14,644 nt of DNA from a virus (lineage: Duplodnaviria; Heunggongvirae; Uroviricota; Caudoviricetes), in the IMG/VR virus record IMGVR_UViG_2681813318_000007, positions 1-14,644 of that record; one strand, given 5' to 3'. A program made the position numbers and the translations under genes. Numbering within the stretch: position 1 is the stretch's first letter; every line of letters begins with the position of its first letter. The notes beneath the pieces are model-generated. The model had not been told where the DNA came from. It did not search any database and worked only from the letters and a program-made list of their open reading frames with translations. Positions 1 through 7,081 of the stretch are shown in pieces.

Positions 1-224
1 CCCCGCCATACTTACCGCCGCGCCATTTCGCGGAGTGCCACAACCGGAAGCGCACGGTCGACGAAAATTTAACGACAGGCTATCTATGAACCAGCTACCT
101 CGCCGTGCGCTTTCGCGTTATGGTCTGACTTTTCAGGGAAATATCCTTTCAGTAAACTGTCAGTGCCGGATGCTCACCCGTGTCCGGCACACGCACTCCA
201 CCTCACCCGTGGAGAACTCCTTTA

Positions 225-440
225 TTACCAACCTGTAATCATTCTGGCAATGCTTAATGCTGCTGCTTTTTCCAGATTGGTGATATCCTGCTCCAGAGCG
301 GACAGATTTTCAGCCTGCTTAGCCCTGGCTTCATTGGCCCATTTCAGATCCTGCGCTGCATTAATTTTCTGGTGCATCCACTCATAAAGTTCATCATCGG
401 TATAGTCTGGCGCGATGATGACGGGTTCTCGTTTCTGCAT
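225..440 (-). CDS. ydfC: YdfC-like small prophage protein (71 aa), third gene of a dicB-operon-like early-left cluster
   Basis: ORF begins MQKREPVIIAPDYTDDELYEWM, with a GAGGA Shine-Dalgarno 7 nt upstream of the ATG at 440. Size and position match the ydfA(51)-ydfB(42)-ydfC(72) arrangement of Qin as I recall it; not database-checked. Confidence 0.65.
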   Translation of the reverse strand: MQKREPVIIAPDYTDDELYEWMHQKINAAQDLKWANEARAKQAENLSALEQDITNLEKAAALSIARMITGW

Positions 441-469
441 ACTGATTCCTCGCGGTGCTGTTTCGCTTA

Positions 470-598
470 TCAGCCGTTAGATTTTGCCGAACTGGAAAGC
501 GCCTGTTTAAATTCGTTGAAGCTGAGAGCTTCTTCGCCTTCGGCAAGACCTTCGAAGTATTCTTCGTAAGCCTTTTCCATGATTGTGTCGAAATCCAT
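470..598 (-). CDS. ydfB: YdfB-like small acidic prophage protein (42 aa)
   Basis: Hand-translated minus-strand ORF MDFDTIMEKAYEEYFEGLAEGEEALSFNEFKQALSSSAKSNG; it is below the ORF-track size cutoff. Its ATG lies 1 nt after the ydfA-like stop with an AGGTGAG Shine-Dalgarno, indicating translational coupling. Confidence 0.6.
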   Translation of the reverse strand: MDFDTIMEKAYEEYFEGLAEGEEALSFNEFKQALSSSAKSNG

Positions 599-599
599 A

Positions 600-755
600 T
601 CACTCACCTGAGTTTCTTTTCAGCCAGCGACGGGCACCATTTTCGGTTTTAAACGTTTTGCTTTTGGTATACGTCATCGCGGTGAACGTACCGTCCTGGT
701 TGGGAAACACGCCGTACACCAGAGATTCGTTGTTGCCAAGATCGATAGTATCCAT
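600..755 (-). CDS. ydfA: YdfA-like (DUF1391-type) small prophage protein (51 aa)
   Basis: Internal ATG of the 600..836 ORF gives MDTIDLGNNESLVYGVFPNQDGTFTAMTYTKSKTFKTENGARRWLKRNSGE, with a GAGG Shine-Dalgarno about 7 nt upstream. Sequence and length match my recollection of Qin YdfA. Confidence 0.7.
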   Translation of the reverse strand: MDTIDLGNNESLVYGVFPNQDGTFTAMTYTKSKTFKTENGARRWLKRNSGE

Positions 756-940
756 GTTGACCTCATTTCCCCTTAACGCCGGGGTAGCGGAACAAAAACC
801 TGCTGCATAGTTATTAAAGTTGAACCCTGCCGTCATGTTCTTACGCCTCGGGCTGGCTACTTAACCCCTGACCACTGCCTGGTAACTCGAAGTATTGCCC
901 TGCATTCTGTGGGGTGGGGTGGGTTGGTATGAAAGGAAGG

Positions 941-980
941 ATACCCATGGGTATCCAAAAAGTAAATACCCATGGGTAAT
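941..980. promoter_or_regulatory. Two palindromic operator-like sites (ATACCCATGGGTAT at 941..954, TACCCATGGGTA at 967..978), candidate operator/promoter of the ydfA-like operon
   Basis: Perfect 14-bp palindrome and a second 12-bp copy 26 bp away, between the repressor gene stop and the ydfA-like start. On the minus strand they overlap a TTTACT-N17-TATCCT promoter-like spacing. The arrangement resembles the second DicA operator in front of the dicB operon. Confidence 0.45.
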
Positions 981-1020
981 TTTTTGATGTGTCTTAACTG
1001 GTGACTGGTTGTTTGGTGAG

Positions 1021-1440
1021 TTATGATGCGTTTTGTGCTTTCTTTTTACGGATTTCTTCGTAGATCATATTGTAATACTGTTTTTTCTCTTCAAGAGTTT
1101 TTAATAAGTTATCCGCTTCACTTTCTGGCAGTTCGTCTAAGAGATCTAAAAAAATACGTTGTCGTGGCGTTAGAACCCTTGTTTCATAATTGGAGGCTGT
1201 GTTCGTTGATGATGAAACGATACCATCCATCCATCCCCGGGGTAACCCAAAGGACTCTTCTATAATCTCCACCATATCATCAGCGATCCGTTTTTTTCCT
1301 TTTTTCCCCTCTGGGTACAACATTCTTGATACATAAGAAGGCTCGCGACCGATCTTTCTGGCCACGTTAACCGCTTTACCATCGCATTTCTCATCACGAA
1401 TTTTGATGAGTTGTTGTCGTCTAAATTCATATTTGTCCAT
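1021..1440 (-). CDS. Prophage immunity repressor, HTH protein with a DicA-family-like C-terminal region
   Basis: Translation from the ATG at 1440 is MDKYEFRRQQLIKIRDEKCDGKAVNVARKIGREPSYVSRML..., an HTH-like segment. The C-terminal stretch LTPRQRIFLDLLDELPESEADNLL resembles the DicA C-terminus. It is divergent from a Cro-like gene. The ORF-track start at 1482 is a TTG and less likely. Confidence 0.75.
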   Translation of the reverse strand: MDKYEFRRQQLIKIRDEKCDGKAVNVARKIGREPSYVSRMLYPEGKKGKKRIADDMVEIIEESFGLPRGWMDGIVSSSTNTASNYETRVLTPRQRIFLDLLDELPESEADNLLKTLEEKKQYYNMIYEEIRKKKAQNAS

Positions 1441-1487
1441 AGGTAAATAATAGATGCGATTACCGCAAGGTAAACAACCCAAGGGTA

Positions 1488-1516
1488 TTGACTTTTGTTT
1501 ACCTGTGGGTATTCTT
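1488..1516 (+). promoter_or_regulatory. Candidate rightward promoter for the Cro-like gene, with repressor half-sites
   Basis: TTGACT at 1488..1493, a 16-17 bp spacer, then TATTCT/ATTCTT at 1510..1516. GGGTAT half-sites at 1483..1488 and 1507..1512 match the arms of the 941..954 palindrome. Confidence 0.4.
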
Positions 1517-1540
1517 TGCTGTGTTTACTAAGGAGTAGCT

Positions 1541-1822
1541 ATGGAAGAATTAAGAATATTTCTCAATTCTCTTTCGTCAGATGAACAGCGTATGTTTGCA
1601 TGTGAGTGTGGTACTAGCATCGGTTATCTAAGAAAGGCATTGAGTAAAGGTCAAATGTTAGGGGCATCGTTATGTGTCCTTATTGAGCGAGCCAGTAATG
1701 GTGAAGTTACACGTCAGCAACTAAGGCCTTTTGATTGGATGAATATTTGGCCCGAGCTGGAAGATACCAAAACGTTAACACAACCACTTACTAGGAGCTT
1801 GATTCATGAAAATCAAGCATGA
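1541..1822 (+). CDS. Cro-like HTH protein of the YdaS family (93 aa)
   Basis: AAGGAG Shine-Dalgarno 7 nt upstream. The motif LIERASNGEVTRQQLRPFDW matches the conserved YdaS-family pattern. Divergent from the repressor. Confidence 0.8.
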   Translation: MEELRIFLNSLSSDEQRMFACECGTSIGYLRKALSKGQMLGASLCVLIERASNGEVTRQQLRPFDWMNIWPELEDTKTLTQPLTRSLIHENQA

Positions 1823-2231
1823 ACACATCCGCATGGCGATGAATGCCTGGGCGCGTCCTGATGGCGAAAAAGTTCCAGCAGCTGGAATAACCCAGGCTTA
1901 TTTTGAGTTGGGTATGACGTTTCCTGAACTGTATGACGACAGCCATCCGGAAGCCCTGGCTCGCAATACCCAGAAAATTTTCCGCTGGGTAGAGAAAGAC
2001 ACCCCTGATGCAGTTGAAAAAATTCAGGCGTTGTTACCAGCGATCGAAAAGGCAATGCCACCTTTGCTGGTGGCCAGAATGCGCAGCCACAGTTCAGCTT
2101 ATTTTCGGGAGTTGGTGGAGACGCGGGAGCGACTGGTGAGAGACGCTGATGATTTTGTCGCAGTGGCAATCGCCGGTTTCAATCAGATGAACCGTGGTGG
2201 CCCGGCAGGAAATGCTGTGGCAGTACATTGA
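1806..2231 (+). CDS. YdaT-like prophage regulatory protein (141 aa)
   Basis: Begins MKIKHEHI with an AGGAG Shine-Dalgarno; overlaps the upstream Cro-like gene by 17 nt. Position and N-terminus match the YdaS-YdaT pair of Rac-type prophages. Confidence 0.7.
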   Translation: MKIKHEHIRMAMNAWARPDGEKVPAAGITQAYFELGMTFPELYDDSHPEALARNTQKIFRWVEKDTPDAVEKIQALLPAIEKAMPPLLVARMRSHSSAYFRELVETRERLVRDADDFVAVAIAGFNQMNRGGPAGNAVAVH

Positions 2232-2302
2232 CTGACAATAGCCATATCGAATCGCTTCCGGCAATTCGTGAGTAAAAAGATTCGGTATCAGAAGAGGTGA
2301 GT

Positions 2303-3373
2303 ATGGCTAACGCCTGGCTCAGATTATGGCATGACATGCCAAATGACCCTAAGTGGCGAACAATTGCCAGGGTGTCAGGGCAGCCAATTGCAACAGTGAT
2401 GGCAGTGTATATCCACCTCCTGGTGAGCGCGTCACGAAATGTCACGCGAGGTCACATTGATGTCACGACAGAAGATTTGGCAAGTGCGCTCGACGTGACA
2501 GAAGAGGTAATTGATTCAATTTTGCAGACGATGCAGGGGCGGGTACTTGATGGTGATTTAATCACTGGATGGGAAAAACGCCAGGTGCTTAAAGAGGACA
2601 ACGGCAATATTTCGCAAACCGCAAAATCTCCGGCAGAGCGCAAGAGGGCGCAGCGTGAGAGGGAAAGAAAGCGGGAACAAAATGGCGATTGTCACGGCGC
2701 GTCACGAAATGTCACGCACATGTCACGACGAGTCACGACAGATAAAGATACAGATAGAGATACAGATAAAGAAGATCAAAACACTATGGTCCATGGCGTA
2801 AAAAACGCCACGAACCATGTAGGGGATGTTCAGACCGTCACTCCTGGCCAGCCCGCAGGCACGACACCGGAAGCCGATTCAGCGTATGCGCTGAAAGCCG
2901 ATTCGGGCGCTGTGCAGCAGGCGATGACCGCTGGGCCGGAGCAATCACACCAACTGCAGCAGCCTGAAGCCGATTCCGCCATTCAGCGGGAAGCCGATCG
3001 GGTAGTCCCGGAAAACACCGGGCAGCCTGTGGGACGAGTGGATTATCCGGATGTGTTCGAACAGGTCTGGCGGGAATACCCGTTACGAGCCGGGGCAAAC
3101 CCGAAGAAATCCGCTTTCAGTGCCTGGAAGGCCAGATTACGCGAGGGGGTGCCACCAGAGGCCATGCTGGATGGTGTAAGGCGTTACACAAGATACCTGG
3201 CTGCTACCGGGAAAACGGGAACGGAATTTGTTCAGCGAGCGACGACGTTTTTTGGACCGGACCGGAATTTTGAAAACCCCTGGTTGCTCCCGGTAAGCGG
3301 CACGAACAACCAGCGTTGTGTTAATCATATTTCTGAACCGGACACCGAAATTCCGCCGGGATTCAGAGGGTAA
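2303..3373 (+). CDS. Phage replication initiator / replisome-organizer-like protein with embedded origin iterons
   Basis: ATG at 2303 with an AGAGGTGA Shine-Dalgarno; the track start at 2297 is a GTG two codons upstream. Occupies the lambda O position after the immunity genes and contains two clusters of GTCACG direct repeats. No helicase-loader gene follows. Confidence 0.75.
   Translation: MANAWLRLWHDMPNDPKWRTIARVSGQPIATVMAVYIHLLVSASRNVTRGHIDVTTEDLASALDVTEEVIDSILQTMQGRVLDGDLITGWEKRQVLKEDNGNISQTAKSPAERKRAQRERERKREQNGDCHGASRNVTHMSRRVTTDKDTDRDTDKEDQNTMVHGVKNATNHVGDVQTVTPGQPAGTTPEADSAYALKADSGAVQQAMTAGPEQSHQLQQPEADSAIQREADRVVPENTGQPVGRVDYPDVFEQVWREYPLRAGANPKKSAFSAWKARLREGVPPEAMLDGVRRYTRYLAATGKTGTEFVQRATTFFGPDRNFENPWLLPVSGTNNQRCVNHISEPDTEIPPGFRG
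2431..2471. repeat. Iteron cluster 1: four direct repeats of about 10 bp with a GTCAC(G/A) core
   Basis: GTCACGAAAT, GTCACGCGAG, GTCACATTGAT, GTCACGACAG in tandem with one-helical-turn periodicity. Confidence 0.6.
2691..2790. repeat. Iteron cluster 2 (five GTCACG repeats) plus an AT-rich GATACAGATA repeat region, candidate phage replication origin
   Basis: GTCACGGCGC, GTCACGAAAT, GTCACGCACAT, GTCACGACGA, GTCACGACAG, then GATAAAGATACAGATAGAGATACAGATAAAGAAGATCAAAAC. Iterons followed by an AT-rich tract inside the initiator gene, as in lambda ori. Confidence 0.6.
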
Positions 3374-3410
3374 CAGATTTCAGGTCATGGGGTAATTTTC
3401 AGGAGGGCTT

Positions 3411-3686
3411 GTGGCAAAAGTTTTTACTCCCGAACTGCGGGAAGAAGTGAAGGCGCGCATTGTGGAACTGGTACGCAGAGATGGGCGAAAAACGCGTAAA
3501 CAACTGGAAAATGAAACCGGGGCGACGAGACACCTGATAGAAGTTCTGGTGAAAGAGCTGGTAGTTAGTGGCGCAGTATATGGTTCAGGACATGGAATAT
3601 TTCCTTCGGAGCAGGCTCGTAAGGACTGGGGAAAAGCCCGCAAAAAAAATGTCGAGAGCGGCAGTGAAAAAGAAGAGCGACCCTGA
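3411..3686 (+). CDS. Hypothetical small basic protein (91 aa), nin-region gene
   Basis: GTG start with an AGGAGG Shine-Dalgarno at 3401..3406; the lysine/arginine-rich helical sequence suggests nucleic-acid binding. Confidence 0.55.
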   Translation: MAKVFTPELREEVKARIVELVRRDGRKTRKQLENETGATRHLIEVLVKELVVSGAVYGSGHGIFPSEQARKDWGKARKKNVESGSEKEERP

Positions 3687-3819
3687 CCTGATTTATTCAT
3701 TGCTAGATGGCGAAATACGCCGTTACAACAGACGACAGAATATAATTTGTCGCGAGTGTCGTCAGAGCGAAGTTATGCAGCGCATACTGGAATTTTATCA
3801 GGGAAATGTTCGGTATTAA
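3649..3819 (+). CDS. Hypothetical small protein (56 aa) overlapping the 3' end of the preceding ORF in the +1 frame
   Basis: ATG at 3649 immediately after an A8 homopolymer (3642..3649); translation MSRAAVKKKSDPDLIYSLLDGEIRRYNRRQNIICRECRQ.... No clear Shine-Dalgarno, so it may be an independent gene, a frameshift product, or an artefact. Confidence 0.35.
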   Translation: MSRAAVKKKSDPDLIYSLLDGEIRRYNRRQNIICRECRQSEVMQRILEFYQGNVRY

Positions 3820-3963
3820 TTGAAGTGACGAAATTAAAGAGCATTAGTTCAGATATTAATTGACACTTCGATGGCACAGGCCCAGACCTAGTCTGGTTGT
3901 CAGCTTTGAGCTAGGTGAACGTTGGTATCGTTAGTTTGTATTAATCAACGGAGAATAGGCCAA

Positions 3964-3994
3964 ATGACTTTTCTTTGCCTCTTTTAATTATAAT
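3964..3994 (+). promoter_or_regulatory. Candidate promoter in the AT-rich spacer upstream of the large defense-like gene
   Basis: Perfect TATAAT at 3989..3994 with ATGACT/TGACTT 18-19 bp upstream; AT-rich region 3820..4062. Confidence 0.3.
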
Positions 3995-4062
3995 TCAAGT
4001 TCAATTGATTACATTGAAGTACTAATGTGAGTCCGTCAAACAAATAGCTCAAGGAATAGGTC

Positions 4063-6861
4063 ATGTGGGGAAGTGAAAACAAACAAAATCTGGACGTACT
4101 GGATCCTGTGCAGTTGGTGCGTATCGAAGCGGTACACCGGGGGTTCCTTTACCAGCATCTTTACGCTGTAGGCTGCTTACTTTTGGCGCAGAGGGCAGCT
4201 ATGGACTCAGTAACTGTCGAGCTTGATGAGGATATTGAGCTGAAATCCAAACAGGAACGTCTCTACATTCAGGTTAAAACCCGTTCAAAACCTATTATGC
4301 CCAACGATGTGTCGGGGGCTCTGGAGCGATTTGTAAAGCTCAGAAATGAGCATACTTCGGCAAACCGCGAAGGGGTGGCTTCTTTTGTGATTATTGTAAA
4401 CCAGGCGCCTGGACCGCTGCTTCAGAAGATGATTGACGATAAAAAGCTTCCTTCTGATGTTCTTATTGTCTGGCCCCAGTCGACAGCTGGACGTCACCCG
4501 GCACTTCCGCCCGCATGGAGTACTCTGGCTGATGCGGCCACATGGTGTATCGCAGAAGCAGAAAAGCTGAAATTTTCACTATTGTCCCCAGAATCCTTGA
4601 TTTGGAAGTTAGCAGGATTGGTTCAGCTTGCCGCCACCGGAGGCGATATCAATGGACAACATACGTTTTTCACGGAAGAACTTACTGAACTATTTGAACA
4701 GTTGATCGTTCAGCTACAGGACTTTCCTGCACCACCAGCACTGTACCGCCCACAGAACGAAGAACCTTCTCTCACATCTGGTGAGCGGATCCGTATCCTT
4801 TGTGGACTCTCAGGTGCAGGCAAGACAGCTTGGGCCGCACAGGCCGCATTACACTCCACTGCACTTTGTGCTTATTACGACACCGGTGATCTTCCCGGTC
4901 CAGCTCTGGCCAGTACGCTGGTGCGCGAGATGGCTGCTAGATTTACAGCCCGTGACCAAGACGGTTTGCGCAGGATTTTGCTCCCCGGTGCCAGTGGTTT
5001 TGAGGCTCTTAGGAGTTTTGATACCTACCTGAAAGAGCAGGGTACCACCTTGGTGCTGGTTCTGGATAACGCCCATCGTGTACCTGCGGAAAATCTACTG
5101 GATGTTCTGAATGCAACTACACATATTCGTTTTGTGCTGTTGTGCCAGCCTCACGAAAACGTTCGCGAACTGGAGGTCATGACGGGGCTACAGCGCGAGG
5201 GCCTGCAGGGATGGAATCTCGATACGGTAGCTGTCGTTGTAAACGATATCGGAGGATTTGCCACCGCTATGGGATACGAGCAGCTACGGGCTTACACTGG
5301 TGGTCTTCCCCTGTATGTAGAGAGCGCCGCAAAAATCGCCGTTTCTGATTATGAGCGTAATGTCGATGCTCTGTGTGCTGAACTCCAGCAACAAACCCAT
5401 ACTGCGGAAACCGCCCAAGAAATTATTCTGTCACGTGTATTTCAGGGATTTGAATCACTACTTCAGAGCGCGCTGGCATTGTTCAGTCTCTCTGACGTAG
5501 GGCTGAGTCGCGAAGAGATTTCTACGCTCCTAATCAATTCGCTGAACATTTCACCAAGCAGTGCTGCTTCTTTAATTAGGAAAATGCGCGCTACTGGCAC
5601 TATTGAAATTTATGGAAACCAGACCCTGAAGGTACATGATGCTGTCAGGGGGCTAGGACTGCAACATCTGGAACTGATGGATCAGGGTATATCGAACAAA
5701 GCGCTACTAGCGCTGAAAGACCTTTTAGTTGAAAGTCTTCATAATACCCGCAATACAAAACGGTTATCGTTGTTGACTCAACTTTATATTAAGCTCAATG
5801 ATGTCACGACGTTGATCGAACTCTCAGGCCAAGAAATGTTTTATGAGATGGGCGTGACGGTCGACATTCTTGCAAGCTTGGAGCGTGCTGCAACATCGGA
5901 CTTATTGGGACCTGTTCATAAATTCTGGGCATTGGATGGCCTTGTTTTCGTTGAGCTTAAAGACGGAATATCCGACCACATTGCTCAGAGGTTAAACATC
6001 ATGGGAGCTTTACTTGCGGAGCACAAGTTCGGCTATCAAGAAGAGATGGCCTATGCAATGAAACGAATGTTATTTTCGGCAGAAAGCAATGATGCACGAG
6101 AAGTTCAAAAGCTGGCACAGGAAGTCCGCCCCCAACTCCCAGATGAAGAACATAAACGCATCTTTGACTACAACCATGCCATTGCACTCTGGAGATTAAA
6201 AAAACTCAAGGATGCTGAAACATTAAGCTGTAATGTTATACAAGGGTACTATTCTTTATTTGGTATCACACCTGCTGATGTCATAGGAAAAAACGCCGAC
6301 GCATTATGGAAAACTATTAATCATTCCGAAAATATGCAGGAACACTTTAAACATATGGCTGATGCTCTGGAGTTGCTGGCCAGAATTCGTGATGCGCAGG
6401 GAAAACTGTCACCATTACTGCGTATTCATTCGATGAAGTTCTACAATCTGGCCATGGCCCCGGAATCCATGGTCAGGGTGGGCCAAGATCTGGCGGATGA
6501 GTTTGTTGCCATAAAGGATTACGACGGTGCCAAGGAAGTCATGGAGCAACATGTCCTGCCGGTTGTCAATGAGGCAGGTCTAGTACATCGACTGATTCAG
6601 GTTCGAAGCCAATACGCAGTCATATTAGCACTATCGGGTCAGCATAAAGCAGCTGATGTCGAAATGCAGCGCCTTGCTCCCTATATCGAAGGCCTCACAG
6701 GTGTACAGCGTCAAGAAATCCAAAATCAATCAAATTACATCGTACAGCTTGCCCATAAAGCAGCAAAGACTAAATTAACTGAAGTTTTTGGTGCGGTCGG
6801 CCGGAATGAACAATGCCCCTGTGGCTCGGGAATAAAGTACAAAAAATGTCACGGTGCCTGA
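4063..6861 (+). CDS. Large multidomain protein (932 aa): Cap4/DUF4297-like N-terminal nuclease, P-loop STAND/AAA_16-like NTPase, helical C-terminal region, terminal SEC-C zinc motif; candidate antiphage defense protein (Avs-like)
   Basis: Uninterrupted 2.8-kb ORF. N-terminus has GFLYQHLYAVG, VELDEDIEL and LYIQVK (a PD-(D/E)xK-like E/D...QxK pattern). Walker A GLSGAGKT at aa 248-255 (nt 4804..4827) and Walker B LVLVLDNAH at aa 330-338 (MalT-like hhhhDxxH). The last 15 residues are CPCGSGIKYKKCHGA (SEC-C). AT-rich flanks; lies in the nin region next to a hok locus. Confidence 0.85.
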   Translation: MWGSENKQNLDVLDPVQLVRIEAVHRGFLYQHLYAVGCLLLAQRAAMDSVTVELDEDIELKSKQERLYIQVKTRSKPIMPNDVSGALERFVKLRNEHTSANREGVASFVIIVNQAPGPLLQKMIDDKKLPSDVLIVWPQSTAGRHPALPPAWSTLADAATWCIAEAEKLKFSLLSPESLIWKLAGLVQLAATGGDINGQHTFFTEELTELFEQLIVQLQDFPAPPALYRPQNEEPSLTSGERIRILCGLSGAGKTAWAAQAALHSTALCAYYDTGDLPGPALASTLVREMAARFTARDQDGLRRILLPGASGFEALRSFDTYLKEQGTTLVLVLDNAHRVPAENLLDVLNATTHIRFVLLCQPHENVRELEVMTGLQREGLQGWNLDTVAVVVNDIGGFATAMGYEQLRAYTGGLPLYVESAAKIAVSDYERNVDALCAELQQQTHTAETAQEIILSRVFQGFESLLQSALALFSLSDVGLSREEISTLLINSLNISPSSAASLIRKMRATGTIEIYGNQTLKVHDAVRGLGLQHLELMDQGISNKALLALKDLLVESLHNTRNTKRLSLLTQLYIKLNDVTTLIELSGQEMFYEMGVTVDILASLERAATSDLLGPVHKFWALDGLVFVELKDGISDHIAQRLNIMGALLAEHKFGYQEEMAYAMKRMLFSAESNDAREVQKLAQEVRPQLPDEEHKRIFDYNHAIALWRLKKLKDAETLSCNVIQGYYSLFGITPADVIGKNADALWKTINHSENMQEHFKHMADALELLARIRDAQGKLSPLLRIHSMKFYNLAMAPESMVRVGQDLADEFVAIKDYDGAKEVMEQHVLPVVNEAGLVHRLIQVRSQYAVILALSGQHKAADVEMQRLAPYIEGLTGVQRQEIQNQSNYIVQLAHKAAKTKLTEVFGAVGRNEQCPCGSGIKYKKCHGA

Positions 6862-6934
6862 GTCTTTGTACGACCATGCGGGCCTTATTGTCTTGCTATT
6901 GCTCTTATGGTTCGCCTTTCTGATTGATTTCATA

Positions 6935-6963
6935 TTGGCGAGGTGACGGGAGTTAAGTAGAAT
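6935..6963 (+). promoter_or_regulatory. Candidate hok/mok mRNA promoter
   Basis: TTGGCG at 6935..6940, 17-bp spacer, TAGAAT at 6958..6963. The predicted transcription start near 6969-6970 coincides with the 5' fold-back element. Confidence 0.45.
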
Positions 6964-6967
6964 GGCT

Positions 6968-6981
6968 GCGGGTGCTTGAGG
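6968..6981 (+). promoter_or_regulatory. 5' fold-back-inhibition element of the hok mRNA (pairs with 7344..7358)
   Basis: GCGGGTGCTTGAGG is complementary, with one bulge, to CCTCAATGCACCCGC at 7344..7358 just upstream of the terminator, the 5'-3' pairing typical of hok mRNAs. Confidence 0.55.
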
Positions 6982-7081
6982 CTATCTGTCTCAGGCATGA
7001 ACACCAAAGGCAGATAGAGAAAAGCCCCAGTTAACATTACGCGTCCTGCAAGACGCTTAACATTAATCTGAGGCTCAATCT

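Noticed and set aside
35-387. Plus-strand ORFs 35..238 and 163..387
   Set aside because: They overlap the ydfC-like gene and structured region on the opposite strand, have no Shine-Dalgarno and give low-complexity translations; likely shadow ORFs.
394-836. Track ORFs 394..603 (-), 455..652 (+), 583..810 (+) and the long 600..836 (-) start
   Set aside because: 394..603 is an out-of-frame shadow of the ydfB-like gene starting at a GTG; the plus-strand ORFs are antisense shadows; the 836 start adds 27 residues with no Shine-Dalgarno, whereas the internal ATG at 755 has one.
909-927. G-run repeat GGGGTGGGGTGGGTTGG (possible G-quadruplex)
   Set aside because: The fourth G-run has only two G residues and the motif sits in a promoter spacer; there is not enough support to call it a functional element.
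1813-2169. Minus-strand ORF 1813..2169 (118 aa)
   Set aside because: Entirely antisense to the YdaT-like gene, Cys/Pro-rich junk-like translation, no start signals.
2179-3328. Minus-strand ORFs 2179..2445, 2452..2643, 2838..3098, 3137..3328 and 3380..3700
   Set aside because: All are antisense to the replication initiator or the 91-aa gene; translations are Ser/Arg/Pro-rich, typical of shadow frames in GC-balanced coding DNA.
4285-6187. Small ORFs inside the 932-aa gene (4285..4497 -, 4781..5032 +, 4849..5076 -, 5142..5348 +, 5999..6187 -)
   Set aside because: Nested within a long, motif-supported ORF in other frames or on the other strand; no independent signals.
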